Shown piece by piece: positions 1 to 12,833 of a stretch of 64,000 nucleotides of DNA; position 1 is the first letter of the stretch; each line of letters begins with the position of its first letter. A program made the position numbers and the translations under genes. The notes under the pieces were generated by a model that saw nothing but the letters and a program-made list of their open reading frames with translations, was not told the DNA's origin and did no database searches. The stretch is from Camelus dromedarius (taxonomy: Eukaryota): positions 5,394,001-5,458,000 of the forward strand of contig NC_087437.1 of the NCBI RefSeq assembly GCF_036321535.1, in the 5' to 3' direction.

Positions 1-514
1 TGGGAGACTCACAAGAGGCACAACAAAGTTTGAGAAGTGCTGTTCCCTAGCAGGGGGGGAAAAAAGACATCTTTACATTTAGAATCAAGTACATTTAGGA
101 GACGTCATGGGAAGTTCTGTGCTAACGTCACCTGTAGTGGAATTATACTGAGGGACGCTCTTGGGACCTGACTGAAGTGGACTTGTCCCCTCTAAACATC
201 AAGGCCAACAGAATGACTCAAGGAACAGAGACACTGAAGCCCAGTCAGTGAATGCCTTATGGAACCTGGAAGGCACACAGTAAGTTTTCTTTTCTGAAAT
301 TCTGATTGATTCGAAGACTTCTGAGTGGGGAAATGGTGGAGTACTGACGTTATTATCTCATCTAAAAATCAAACACACCTTCCCCCACTTTTTTGCATAA
401 AGGGATTGTCCACAGGAATCCTGGGGGCAGGAACCCAGCAGGTGCTTCCCATCAGGGCTAAGATGCAGGTATGGGAGTCAGCCTGCCTGGAAGGATGCTT
501 GCAGCCATGTGTGT

Positions 515-660
515 TACCTTGATCACTAAGTCCACACCTGGGCCTCAGTTTCCCCATCTTTAAAATGGAAATAAAAACAGGACCTGTTTCACAGGCTGAT
601 TATGAGGATGCCGTGACACTGACAAAGCCTGGCACACACCAAGCACTCAATAAACGTGAC
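515..660 (+). mobile_element. MIR SINE fragment
   Basis: MIR core-like sequence gggcctcagtttccccatctttaaaatggaaataaaaacaggacct...cctggcacacaccaagcactcaataaac. Confidence 0.75.
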
Positions 661-1824
661 CTCTCGTCCTCATGCACATCCTCTGTGTCAGCAGGACCTA
701 AAACCACCAGGGCTCCCAGGACCATTTCCTCTTATAATTGACCAGATATTGACCCACAGCCACTGGACAGAAAGGAACCAAGACACAGACAAGGCAGACA
801 TTGAGAAAAGTTTTGCTCTACAAAAACTATGGTAATTCTAGGGGTCTGCAAAGGCGGACACCCCCTTTCCCCTCAAATTCTAACAGGTCTTGATCAGCCG
901 TGAAGAAATGAAGGACTCTGTGTGCCAGGAGGGAATAGTCCACCTTGGTCACAGCTTCTCACCCCACAGCTGTCCCTCCCGGGCTCACCAGCCAGACGTC
1001 TGTCCAGCTGGCAAAGCCAGAGAGGAGGATGAGCAACTGCCCAACTCCCTCTGTTTAAAACCCAGGACACGCTTTCATTCCTCCCATCATAATTGGGCAA
1101 AAGGCAGATCTGATTTCCTCTGCCAGACTTTGTTTTTATTTTTATGAAAGCAGCAGAATCACAATGTGCCTTCTATCCCACCTTCACTGCTTTTAAAAAA
1201 GCACTGAAAATTAATAGTGCTCCTTTTGCAAAACCAATCTCCACCTCTCTTTCCTTCATCAGACCCAATAAAAATTTAAGTAAGCATTCAAACGGGCAAG
1301 CCTTACTGAAATGAGAATCAAAATCAAGACCAAATCAATTACAGCACTTGATTCAAGAGAATTTTGTTTTTCCTCCCAAGTGACTGACAGAACGTTATGG
1401 TGGGTTCAAAATGTTCAAGTATTTTCTAGAGGATGGGGGAGGACGGTCAGTTTGGATATAGGCTTTAACCAAAATGAATGTATTTTCCGGCCATGCTTTT
1501 CAGATGAATAGTATTATACTTGTACTAGCTGCTTCATTTTGGGAGTACACCTCCTCAACGGAGACATTTTTCCAGCTGAGTGTAGTCCAATGAATTAAAG
1601 GAGGAAAGGGTGTAAAATGAACTCTCTACTTACGCTGTCCGTGTGGACAATAGCAGGACACATGAAACCCTTTGGTTGTCCAACGTCTGGCCTTACCTGT
1701 CAGAGGGCAGAGGCCCTGGGAACAGGTGCAAACTCCAAACACATCCGCCCAACCTCTCCCCTCCCTTCCTCCACTCGACAAACCTCAGGATGCTACCCTA
1801 ACCGCCCGCCCTCGGAGGCCTTAC

Positions 1825-2011
1825 CTGTCGGTCTTCTTGATCAGGATGGCCCTGAAGATGTGCTCGAGGGGTGTCTTCTCCTGCTTGTGGGTTGGCTGCA
1901 CGAAGGGGTGCAGGGCCACCAGCAAGAAGCCCTGCTGGTACAGCTCCAGCAGCTGGGCGGGCAGGTCCCGGAGGGAGGCCAGCCTCACGGCCGAGGACCG
2001 CGGGAGCTCCG
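1825..2011 (-). CDS. RFTN1: Raftlin, second coding exon (187 nt)
   Basis: Acceptor ctgacagcttcccctctctccacccccAG|CG and donor AG|GTAAGG at 1824. The phase-1 join G|CG gives AELPRSSAVRLASLRDLPAQLLELYQQGFLLVALHPFVQPTHKQEKTPLEHIFRAILIKKTDR, continuing the raftlin sequence. This frame is not in the supplied ORF track. Confidence 0.97.
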
Positions 2012-2439
2012 CTGGGGGTGGAGAGAGGGGAAGCTGTCAGAGACCCACCCAGACCGGCTGCCCTCCAGGTGCATCCCTCTCCCCTCGCCCCAGCCCAGAA
2101 GATCTCTGGGTCACCTCCCACTAAAATGAGTCTGTTCCAGTCCTAACGACTGTCTTCAAGGAAACATGTAAGTGGCCTGTTATTTTCCAACTCCCGCATG
2201 GGTACTGATGACTGGGCGGCTTAACTCTAGAGCCAACTTTCTCAGATCACATTGGGACAGTCATGTCTACCCCTCAAAAAACAAAAAGGAAAGAAAAGAC
2301 ACAGGAGGAGGAGGAGGATCAGAAGACGATGACAACTGGACACAAATGTAAAACTGCCAGGTGGCAAAAAACAGCAGCAACAAAGACAAACTGGGACAAA
2401 ACTTCTGTGACAATTAAGACGATTTCCTAATTTTAGGGC

Positions 2440-2520
2440 AACAAAACAAAACCAAAAACAAACAAACAAAAAACCCAAACCAAACCAAACAAAAACAACT
2501 CAAAAAAAAAAAAAAAAAGA
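2440..2520 (+). repeat. (CAAA)n / poly-A low-complexity tract
   Basis: aacaaaacaaaaccaaaaacaaacaaacaaaaaacccaaacc... ending in a long A run. Confidence 0.85.
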
Positions 2521-2719
2521 CAAGAAAAATGGGCAAAGTTCATGAACAAGCAATTGCCTAAAAAGGGTGAAAGGCTGATCAATATTTGAAAGGATACTCA
2601 AATTAACTCAGCATTAGAACAATGCGTATCAAAACAAATAAATGTTCTTCACCTATTGAGTTATTTTAAAATTTGGACTTAAAAAAGTTTCTTAGGAGGG
2701 GTCAACAAGATTCAAACGT

Positions 2720-4255
2720 CAGAAGATGCATGTGTGCACACAGTGAAAAGTATTCCATCCAGATTCCTCACCTCTCAGGCTTTTCCCCAGAGGCAGTCGA
2801 CATTATCCATCTTTTTGTATCCATGTTAATAATCATAATACACAAGCAAATAAGATTACGTGTATCTCCCTCTCTTTTTTACATAAATGTTAGGACGATG
2901 TTACAGACAGACCCAGCTTTTTATCCATTTTTATCAATTAACAGTATCCTTTCCTTACAGATCATTCGGCAGCAGGACACAGAGCTCCTCCTCACCCTTC
3001 TCTCAGATGCACAAGCATCCCACTGTGCAATGGACCACAGGTGATTCCAACCTGCCCTTTTATAAGCAACATTGCAATGAAAATCACCGCTCCTATGTGA
3101 TTTTACATGCGTTCGTGAATAGTATACCTAAAAAAGGTAATTCCTAGGTGTGGAATTGCTCAACATAAATGCACTGTAATTTTTTTAGATACTGCCAAAT
3201 TTCCCCCACAGTGTTGGATAGGTTTACCTCCCATCAGTGGTGAATAAAGGTATTTCTCTCCCCAGACCCTGGCTAATCTCACAGTGAAAAAAAAATCCCT
3301 GTGACGTAGTAATTTACATTTCTCTTATTATGTACTTCGCAGTTTTTCTTATTAAACATTCCAAGTTTAAATGCTTTTTATGTGGTCTTTTCTGTTAACT
3401 GTTCATAATCTTTGCCTAGTTTTTTACTGGGTCATTGGCCTTTTCCTATTGGTTTGTAGGAACTCTTTATATATTAGGCAATTTAGTTCTTATCTGTATT
3501 AACAGTTGCAAACATCTTTCACAATTTATTGTTCATCTTTTGACTCTGCATAACATGGGTTTTGCTGTGAAGAATTTTTTTTTTATTAAGTTGAATTTAT
3601 TAATCTTGCCTTCAATGGCTTCTGAGTTTTATGTCATAGCAGAGAGATCTGGATTATAAAACAATTCTGTGATTTCCTGTAGTATGGATTTCATTCTCTG
3701 CATGTAAATCTTTTATCCATTCGGAATTTGTGCAATATGAATTCAACATTTCTCACCCCCCCCCAATTTATCCATTCTTCCTCATTGATTTGAGATGTCA
3801 CCTTTATCATATATTATATTCCTGAGTATATTTAAGTCTATGTCTGTGATCCATTAATCTATTCTAACAATTTTGCTTTCATACTGTTTTAGTATCTAAT
3901 CAGGCTATTTTCGGACTCTTCCTATGTTCCTGTTTATTTTCTGAAGCTTCCTGTCTGTTCTTATTTGTTTTTCAAAATGGTCTGTAAAATCAGCTCATCA
4001 AATTCACCCTCAAAAAAAAAATCCTGCTGATATTTTTCTTGGGTCATGTCCAAAGTCTAGCCTAACTGAAGAAGAATGAATATTCTCATCATGCTACATG
4101 TTCCAACCCCAGAACATGGCATAACTTTCACCTATTCAAGACTTTTTGGGGGTCTCTCAGGTGCATGTTAAAATTTTCCTCACAAAGATACTGCACACTT
4201 ACGAAGTTTACTCTTAGTTATTTTATATTTTATTGCTATTGGCATAGATTTTTTT
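2720..4255 (-). mobile_element. Ancient L1 (L1M-type) ORF2/3' region fragment, degraded
   Basis: T-rich with L1-antisense motifs such as ttcctaggtgtggaattgc, agatactgccaaat, ttgtaggaactctttatatatt and aatcctgctgatattttt. Confidence 0.7.
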
Positions 4256-4289
4256 CCTCCTTTTACTTCTATGATATCCATCACGGGTA

Positions 4290-4900
4290 AGGATGTTGGG
4301 GAAACAGGCATGCTCACCACGGATGATGGGGTGAACCTTTCTGGAGGGCCATGTGGTGTCTGCCTTCAAACCTAAAAGTGCACACACCCTTTGTCCAGCA
4401 AACTCATTGCTGGGTATCACGCTCATGGCTGGACTCAGAAATGTTTCTCAAAGATATATGGACAAAGATATTCACTACAGGGTCACTGCAATGGCAAAAA
4501 CCTAGAACCAAAGAGTTCTTTGGAGGGCTAGCTAAACACTGGGACACCCCAATGATGAATCCTACGAACCATTAAGAAAATTAAGGTAAACCTGTTACAT
4601 GCTACTGAAAATACGCCTAAAACACATTACTAAGTTAAGAGACAAGGTGTCTAAGGGTTTATCACATGATACTCTTACATTAAAAGATCAGAAGTATAGA
4701 GGGACATGAATAAGAATTTTTTTCTGGAAGAAATCACAAAAACATCAATATTGGAGAGATTGGAGTAGGGAGGGGAGGGTGGAAAGGTAGTTCTACTTTG
4801 TTCTTTGAGTACTATTACCATCAACAGAAATCATTTGAGTGGAGGATTTATGAAACACTTTAATTTTCTTCTTTATATGTAAAAATATATTTAAATTTTA
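4290..4900 (+). mobile_element. Ancient L1 (L1ME/L1MC-like) 3' fragment
   Basis: aggatgttggggaaacaggcatgctca...aacctttctggagggc...acaaagatattcactacag, resembling the L1 ORF2 end and 3' UTR. Confidence 0.6.
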
Positions 4901-5869
4901 AAATTTATTTTTAAAGCAATGTGTTACCTTAAAACTAACTTAAAAACAAAATCTAGGAGTACTTAAGAATACTCTTTACTGTAGCTCTCAGACAAGAAAT
5001 TTACAGGGGGAAAAAAGTAAAAGTCCGGCACCTTGGAGAAATCTCCATTAACAACAGGGACAGAGCCAGGGCTGACCAGGAGAGCTGAGAAGTATGCACT
5101 CTTTCCCTTGAAGAGTACATTCTAGATATGCTGCCAGATGAAAAACTGAAAGGTAAGTCTGGAAAGAACACCAAGCCCCTCCACACTCCCAGGCACAGAA
5201 ACCTGATGGGCCAGAGGGGTCCCAGTTTTCTTTTGGGTTGTTGATCTTTTTCCTATTGGTTTGTAGGAACTCTTTATATATTAGGAAATTTAGTTCTTAT
5301 TTGTGATCACAGTTGCAAATATCTTTCCCAGACCTGGTGCTTTGGAGCAGGATTCCTCTGAGCCTGCTCCTCTGTCCAGCAGAGGGGCAGCACCCAGAAT
5401 TGCCAGAAATGGAGGCTCCTGGGTGCCACTCAGGACCTACCAAATCAGAATCGGAGCCATCTGTGCCCTCACAGGCTCTGCAGGAGATTCAGAGGCTAAG
5501 AACTACTCTGCAGAGGGTTTCCCTTTGGCCCTCCTCCAACAGGCAGGGGATCTATGGATCTAAGGGCACACGCCCACCTGTGACCTGCACCCCAACTTCC
5601 CACAGCCAAGCCCCTGGCAGTCCCTGCCCAGACAGCCCCAGGCCTACTGTGCTTCTTCCCAATCTGTGCGCACCCCCAGGCCCAAGGCGGCCCAGAGCCC
5701 AGGCGGAGGTGAGTAAGGAGGCACTCCTGCAGGCGCAAAATTGAACGAGGAACCAAAGACTCAGTAACCAAGATAAAGATGTAACGCAATATGTCAAAAA
5801 GGGAAAAAATCAATGCAGAAAGTCTATTACGAACAAACTATCCAAAAGTTTACTAAAGACAGGCTCTTT

Positions 5870-5958
5870 TTTTTTTTTTAAAGGAGGTTCCGGGGATTAA
5901 ACTCAGGACTTCGTGCATGCTAAGCATGCACTCCACCAGTTGAGCTATACCTTCCCCC
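5870..5958 (-). mobile_element. Camelid tRNA-Ala-derived SINE (Vic-1-like), short form
   Basis: Reverse complement reads ggggaaggtatagctcaactggtggagtgcatgcttagcatgcacgaagtcctgagtttaatccccggaacctcc plus an A tail. Perfect 14-bp TSD aagacaggctcttt at 5856-5869 and 5960-5973. Confidence 0.92.
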
Positions 5959-8900
5959 TAAGACAGGCTCTTTATTACTTAGTATTATATATATATAAAA
6001 TTATATGTTATATAACTATATGATTATGATTATTCTTTATTACTGATGTTTCCTTTTGCCTCAAGCTCTCATATAGGCACAGATGTGCTACTGATCTTTT
6101 TAAAAAACGCTGCCTCACTGGCCTCACCCTAGTGCCAGCCCAGCCCCCCATCTCTTGCACTTTTCTCCAGGGCCGCAAATGACAGGAGTTGGCCTGTATG
6201 TAGGTTGTGCCAAGGGAGACATCAAGCAGCAACAGGATCAAAATGGTACGACCCTGTGTGGCACCGACGCTGGTTGTTTTGTTTGAAAAACAGAACGGAC
6301 TTTAGGTAGGAGTGGAAGCCTTTCTGGAGGGTAATTTTATAATATCGACCAAACCTAAAAATACGACACAGCCCTAAGACCCCCTCTCTCCTTTGATTAA
6401 ACTTTATACATAAAAAGCATCTGTGTGCCGTCACATTGGAGACCCCAAACTCAGTCTCTGCAGTTCAGTGTTTTGTGAACGTTTCATGCATTTCAGTAGC
6501 TTACTGCTACAGTAAAATAAGCCTTTACGAAGACTTTGATCATTGGTATATTTCCTCTCCACTTCTGCATCACCCTATAATAATAAAGTAAATAAATAAA
6601 TAAAAGCAGGCAATGTGTTTAGAAGACTTGCGTTTCTTGGATCAGCTACGGTCCCCACTGGCGTCAATCCTGGGCACATGAATAGTCAGTTTCCACGTAT
6701 AAATCGGAGGTGACAGCACCGGCCTGTCTTCCATCACAGAGTGGTTGCGGGAACCACGGGGTGATGGACGTGTAAAGATAAAGCTCACAACCACCCAGCT
6801 CAGTGGTGGAGGCAGCAGAGGATGGGGTGCCGTCCACGGGGGACTGACCAGCTGCAGCCACTGACGACAGTATGGGGACCGTATTGTCCCCCCCACCCCA
6901 GCACCTCTATGCTCCAAATCAGTGCACTAAATATATTAGTCAACCAACCGCTTTATAGCTAAATGCTTCCTGAATAAAACATAATACCATTCAAATTTTT
7001 ATCTTAAAACCTAAAGATGTATCTCCTGTCAACACTCGGCGATTTCATGGCTATAATTTTTGGGACGCATGCTGTCAAAGCAAGTTGAGTTTCATGGTTA
7101 AAAAAAAAAACAAATAAAAATGAATCTCAACATTGCAATTTTAAAAAGGCATCTATTGTAAATATGATTAAAGGCCTTAATTTCAAGGTTTTTTCTGAAC
7201 CTTAATCTTAAAAAAAAAAAAACAAAAAACCTCTAGTTCTTGTAAAGTGACCAATCCCCCAGTATTATTACTAGCAAAGCAAAGGAATGACTTATCTGTT
7301 TGGATAAACCTACCAATGGTAGCCTCTTGGGCGATTTCTCACCCTACTCATCAGAATAGCATCGCCACTATTTTTGTTTTGTAATATCTGCCTGATTTCG
7401 TTTACAAATTACGTAACCGTGGGCAAGTCATGTAGCTCCCACCCTGTCTCTTGGGTCCCTCGCTTATAACACGCAGACCCTGGATAGGCAACTCCAAAAG
7501 GAGCTTCCAACTAGAATATGCAATGACTTTATTATTTCAGTTTGGAGACTAAGGTACCAGTCTCTAGCTAAGAAGTGACATCAGGTACCACGATCAATGT
7601 TTCCATCATGAACTGAAAGAGTTCCCCCAAACCAGAGCCAAAATGAGGACATGGAACAAGCACACACGTGCAGGGGGGTGGAGAGACGGAAAGTCAGACG
7701 GGACTCAGATCTGCTTCTGGTACACACGGCAGGACGAACATCACTGCTGGACAGAGACCAGGGACACCGACAAGGCTGTCTCGGTCAGCGTCCCTCTCCA
7801 GTCTGAGGAAGTGTCACCACCCAAGGCCTGCTTGAAGATCACACTTCCCTATCTACTTTCCAACCTGTCATGTCCCTCAGACTTTATTTACAGCGACCAG
7901 TCTGCAAGCCTGGTCCAGGCTGGACATCTCCGTGCTCCCACCCGGGGAGCTGTCTTCATCCCAGATGGGGACTTGCTCTGCTGCCGTGCAAAGCCCAGTT
8001 CTCTAGCTGGCTTCTCCAACCAGCCCAGACAGGGGGCTGGGTCTCAACTCATGACCTGCAGAGAGTCTGGTACAGACCCCAAGGCCAGGAACTGGGGCCG
8101 CAGGGCCCTGGCGGATAAAGTAAGCAAGAGACAGAGCCAGAGGATGAACAAGGAACACGGAAGCCACACCTGGCCAAGCAGGGCGGCACCTTGTCTTTCT
8201 AGGCTGGTGCCCGTGGGGGCCAAGGGGCACGTGGGTCTCACGGTGTCAGAACTTCTCATTCTGACCTTCAAGAAGTCAGAAACCTGGATCCTTGCAGAAA
8301 CTCTTAAATCTTTAGATTTGGCAAGTAAGTCCAGTTTGACTTTCAACCCCATGTGGCCCAAAGCCAAGATTTGGCAGGTTGCAGAGTCTGGCTGGGGCGT
8401 CTGATAAACGTGGGAGATCGGGTACCCCACACCCTTCCCACCCCGATCGTGGCAATGTCAGGGGACGCCGTGACCCTCAGTGGAGCACTAAAGAGCTCTC
8501 CACTGTTCATTCATACCTTGTCACGACTTACATCAAAGCCTTCAAGGATATGTCTGCAGGAATCATCTAATTCCTCCCTTTTCTCTACTGACGTCGACTT
8601 GAACAAAGAGTTTAGAACCACGGATTTTAAATCCCTTGCAAATCTTTTTTCCCCTCATTCCATTACCAATAAGAGGCTTTCTAAAAAATCAAAATACAGA
8701 AAGTACTGCTGGAAAGGTACTTTGGGGAGCAGGAGAGTCCCAAGATCTTTTGAAATAAGTGGTTTGTTTTTCTTTCAGAAAATAACTCCCTATAAATAAA
8801 TAAACCATTATTCCAAGAGTTTAAAAAAAAAAAAGGAATGAAAACAGGGGGAAAAAAACAGAATCCACAAAAACCACACATTTCTTAACACTCCGGGGAT

Positions 8901-9639
8901 AAAGTGGACTTCGCTTTTGCTATGGCTGTGTTTTGTTTAGCAAAAACATTCTGCAGCCCTGGTTCTTCCCTGGAAACGAAGCCCTTCAGACATCTGCAGA
9001 AGAGCCAGAGCAAGGGTTCCACTGCTTGAAACTCCATCATGGGGAAGGTACCAGCGTCCAACGCAAGAAAGAAGTCGCCATCCAAGAAAGAAGTCGCCGT
9101 GTGGAGTAGCAATCATATGTGACTTTAACCTAATTATTCAAAGTCCGACTTTGCTATTTTAGTTATGCCCCCTAGCTAATCTGTCAACACCAAGGAGCCC
9201 AATGCGGGGAGACACCCTCCCCCGGGGCCATCTCCCTCTCAGGTGAAGCTGATAATGACATTGTTCCACCACATCTTTTCTTCCCCCTCTCTAAGTTCCT
9301 TCAAGGCCACCCTTCCTTGAACATCAATCTGCCTGGACTTCACAGTAGATTCAATTGAACAAAACACTAAAATCAATAATTTTTCGATGGGGGGGGGTGT
9401 TCACTGTATAAATAAGGAATAGGAATTCAATTTTTAAACTCACGTCTGCAGCCCAGGTCTTCGGTGCCATTTCCGAATCTTTGGAATAAAACTTTCAGTT
9501 TAGGGCTTTTCAAGTTCAGATTTCTGTCATCTTTTTATCAAGTAAATTTGGGTTTCTGAAACTTGAAAAATGTGTATATATACACATACATATCCAGGCT
9601 CTGGAGATCACACCATTAAAATACTGTGTATTCTTTTTT

Positions 9640-10345
9640 GCTTTTTTAATTAGAGTGAAATTCAATCATTTAAAAGTAAAATCAATCATTTAAAAGTGAA
9701 CAATTCAGTGGCATTTAACACCTTCACAATGTTGTACAAACATCACCTCTACCTAGTTCTAAAATCAGGAAACCCCGTATCTGCTGAGCAGTTATTCCTC
9801 ATTCTCCTCCCTGGGCCCGACAACCAGCAACCTGCTTTCATAAAACATAGCTCATTCCATTGCATACGTGTGTTACTACTTCTTTATCCATTCATCTACT
9901 GATGTGCACTTAGGATGCTCCTATGTCTTGGTGATTGTAAACAGTGCTGCTATTAACAGTAGTGTGTATAAATCTTCTTGAATTAATGTTTTTGTTTTTC
10001 TCGGGTATATGCCCAGGAGTGGAACTGCTGGGCCATATGGTGGTTCTGTTTTGGGGTTTTTGAGAAACCTCCATATTGTTTTCCATAGCGGCTGCATCAA
10101 CTTACGTTCCCACTAACAGCATACAAGGGTTCCCTTTTCTCCACATCCTTGCCACCATTTGTTATTTGTGTGCCTTTCGATGATGGCCATTCTGACAGAC
10201 GTGAGATGGTGTCTCACTGTGCTTTTGATTTGCATTTCCCTGATACTGGTGATGTTGAGCAACTTTTCATGTTCCCGTGGGCCATCTGCATTTCCACTTT
10301 GGGAAAAATGTCCAGTTCTGCCCATATTTTAAACGGGTTATTTGT
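9640..10345 (-). mobile_element. L1 fragments: old L1MB-like 3' end (about 9640-9835) and L1 ORF2 C-terminal fragment (about 9845-10345)
   Basis: Minus ORF 10113-10325 contains [22 protein letters not shown]...[17 protein letters not shown], typical of the L1 ORF2p C-terminal region. Confidence 0.88.
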
Positions 10346-10404
10346 TTGCTTTTTGATTGAAGTGCAGTTGATTTAAAATGTTGCGTTAGTTTCTGGTGTG
10401 CAGC

Positions 10405-10945
10405 ATGGACGGTCCTGGAGGGCATCATGCTAAGTGAAATAGGTCAGACAGAGGAAGACAAATACTGTAAGATTTCATTTACATGTGGAATCTAAAAAAA
10501 ATACAACAAAATAGTGAATGTAACAGAAAAGAAACAGACTCACAGATGTAGAGAAGGAACTAGTGGTGACCAGTGGGGAGAGGGGATGGGGAAGAGCAGG
10601 ATGGAGGGGGAGGGTTAAGAGGTACAAACGATCAGGTCTAAAATAAGCTACAAGGATGTACTGCACACCATGGGGAATACAGCCAATATTTTATAATAAC
10701 TATAAATGGAGTATAACCTTTAGAAACTGTGAATCGCAGGGGGAGGGTATACTTCAGTGGTAGAGCACATGCTTACCATGCAGGAAGTCCTGGGTTCAAC
10801 CCCCAGTACCTCCACTGAAATAAATAAACAAATAAAAATTGTGAATCATTATACTGTATACCGGTAACACCTAATATTATACATCAACTATACTTCAATT
10901 AAAAAATACGATATTGTAAAATAAATACATAAATGAAGTTAAAAA
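10405..10945 (+). mobile_element. L1 3' end (ORF2 end, 3' UTR, A tail), interrupted by a SINE
   Basis: atggacggtcctggagggcatcatgctaagtgaaataggtcagacagaggaagacaaatact...catcaactatacttcaattaaaaa. Confidence 0.9.
10739..10835 (+). mobile_element. Vic-1-like SINE nested in L1 3' UTR
   Basis: gggggagggtatacttcagtggtagagcacatgcttaccatgcaggaagtcctgggttcaacccccagtacctcca plus A-rich tail. Imperfect TSD aaa(c/t)tgtgaatc. Confidence 0.9.
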
Positions 10946-11907
10946 AAAAAAACACAACTCTTCAACACCTAACTAAATCATGGCCAAACTCCAGAGGAGA
11001 ATCTCAGTGAGATTCAAAGCAGTTCTTCAAGCTTCCCATAAACCTAGGATTCTACAGGTCACTCAGGCAGTAACTGACAAAGCAACCGAGGTCTCATCAG
11101 ATGAGTTCCTAAGATGCCACCGGACCACAAATGCTTGGTCAGTATCAGCCACGGGGAGGGGGGGTCAAGTCGTTTGTTACTGGTTTGCTTGTCCTTCCAA
11201 ACGGTCACATGCAGTCACTGAATTGCACACCCTCACAGTATCGCACTATAAAAAATGTGGTGTCTAAGTGTTCGTAAGGAGAGTGCCCAAATAATTCCTA
11301 GTGACAGTACCCAAACGCCCAAAGATGGTGTTACCGTTCATCGCCCCTCACCAGTGCATTTTGTCAGAGAATACACAGGCAGAGATTCATCAAGAAAGCT
11401 TTGCAAGAAACACCAGGCACCATGCTGCTTAGACTTCACAATGGGAGTCCTGAAGTATTAAAAGCAACCAGCTAGAAACTGAACTCAGAGTATTAATAAA
11501 GTATTTCACACACTTAAAAAATACTTTTGATGGAGAAGAGAGACACGCAGGATGACCAGGTCTTCAGTTTTGCCAACCAAACTCACCCACACCAAATCCT
11601 AGAAGAGCTTAGCGTGAGTCAGAAGGGAAGCTGGTTGTCAGTATTCTATGTCATTTTCTCAATCGAGCATGATAACACGATAGCTCACACTCATTCTCGT
11701 TTGATGTGGAGACGACAATAAACTGACTGCATCAAAACCCAGCCACTAATGAATATGTACAAAGAACATGGAAATGAAACTCTTTAGAATGTAACTAGGA
11801 CCCTGTATGGATTTCGATGATAAAGTCTCAAGACTTTGTACAAAAGTAATTAGCACTTATACCACAATAAAGTCGTTAGAAAATTTTCTAAAAATAAAAA
11901 TTAATCA

Positions 11908-12200
11908 GCACTGGAAATATTTTAGCGCTGGAAATGTGGCCAGTCCAAACTGTGTCGTGAGTGTAAAACATACACCAGGTTTCAAAGAAATCTTAGCATG
12001 AAAGTAAGAATGTAAAATACCTAAGTAAGTTCTTTTTTATAATGATGACATTGAAATGACAATATTTGAGATCTATGCAGGATTACATAAAATCCATCAA
12101 AATTAATTCCACCTGTTTCTACCTGTCCTCAATGCAGCTCCTGGGAAACTTCAACTTACAGATGCAGCTCACATATATTTCCACTGGACAGCACTGTTCT
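11908..12200. mobile_element. MER33-like hAT-Charlie MITE
   Basis: gaaatgtggccagtccaaactg...gtgtaaaacatacaccaggtttcaaaga...ctggacagcactg, resembling the MER33 consensus. Confidence 0.65.
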
Positions 12201-12683
12201 TACGATGACTTACTAATCATTTGTTTCATAACATTTTTCACGATTTTTCATCATAGAAATTCTTCATTCACTTTTTTTCTGTCTTTCCCAATAAATAAGT
12301 TCCACCAGGCCAGAGTCCAACAAGCCGGCCAACCCAGAGTGCCTGGAGACAGCTCATTAACAACTTTGCACCATTAAGTGAAGAAACTCTCTCATATCAT
12401 GACCACACCAGCTCCTTTCCCATCAAAGAAAATCCAACACAAACTGCTACCTGCAGTGACTCTGGGGGGCACTTAACTCCGAGGTCCCCAATGTTCTGGG
12501 TTCCAAAGTCAATCAGCCATCATATAAAGATGAAAGAAAACACACTTGGTTCTAGAAAACCACCACCCAGTGTAAAACCCAGAGGGAACTTTTTTTTTAA
12601 TTATGCTAAACTATACGCAACAAAAAGTTACCATTTTAATCATATTGAAGTGCATGATTCAACGGCATTAAGTACACTTGCAC

Positions 12684-12833
12684 TTTTTGTTTTTGTTTTT
12701 GTTTTTTGCAGGGGGATGTAATTAGGTTTATTTACTTAGTTTTTTAATGGAGGTACTGGGAATTGTGGGGACTGAACCCAGGACCTCACGCACACTAGGC
12801 ATGCACTCTACCACTGAGCTCTACCCTCACCCC
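12684..12833 (-). mobile_element. Vic-1-like SINE, long-tail form, inside an old L1 3' fragment
   Basis: tRNA-Ala-like body (gaacccaggacctc...ctctaccactgagctctaccctcacccc) with taattaggtttattt tail module and (TTTTTG)n tail. Short TSD acttgc. Confidence 0.88.

Noticed and set aside
2012..2040. Alternative acceptor AG at 2035-2034
   Set aside because: It lies immediately after the likely branch point (CTGAC), upstream of the pyrimidine tract, and its use would add 22 nt and frameshift.
1617..2146. Four overlapping ORFs of 91-170 aa around the RFTN1 exon
   Set aside because: Antisense or off-frame shadows of a GC-rich coding exon; the real frame is the spliced raftlin one.
9064..9098. 16-bp direct repeat caagaaagaagtcgcc with period 19
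   Set aside because: A simple two-copy slippage duplication with no further structure; similar small duplications occur at about 9662-9697 and 47565-47605.
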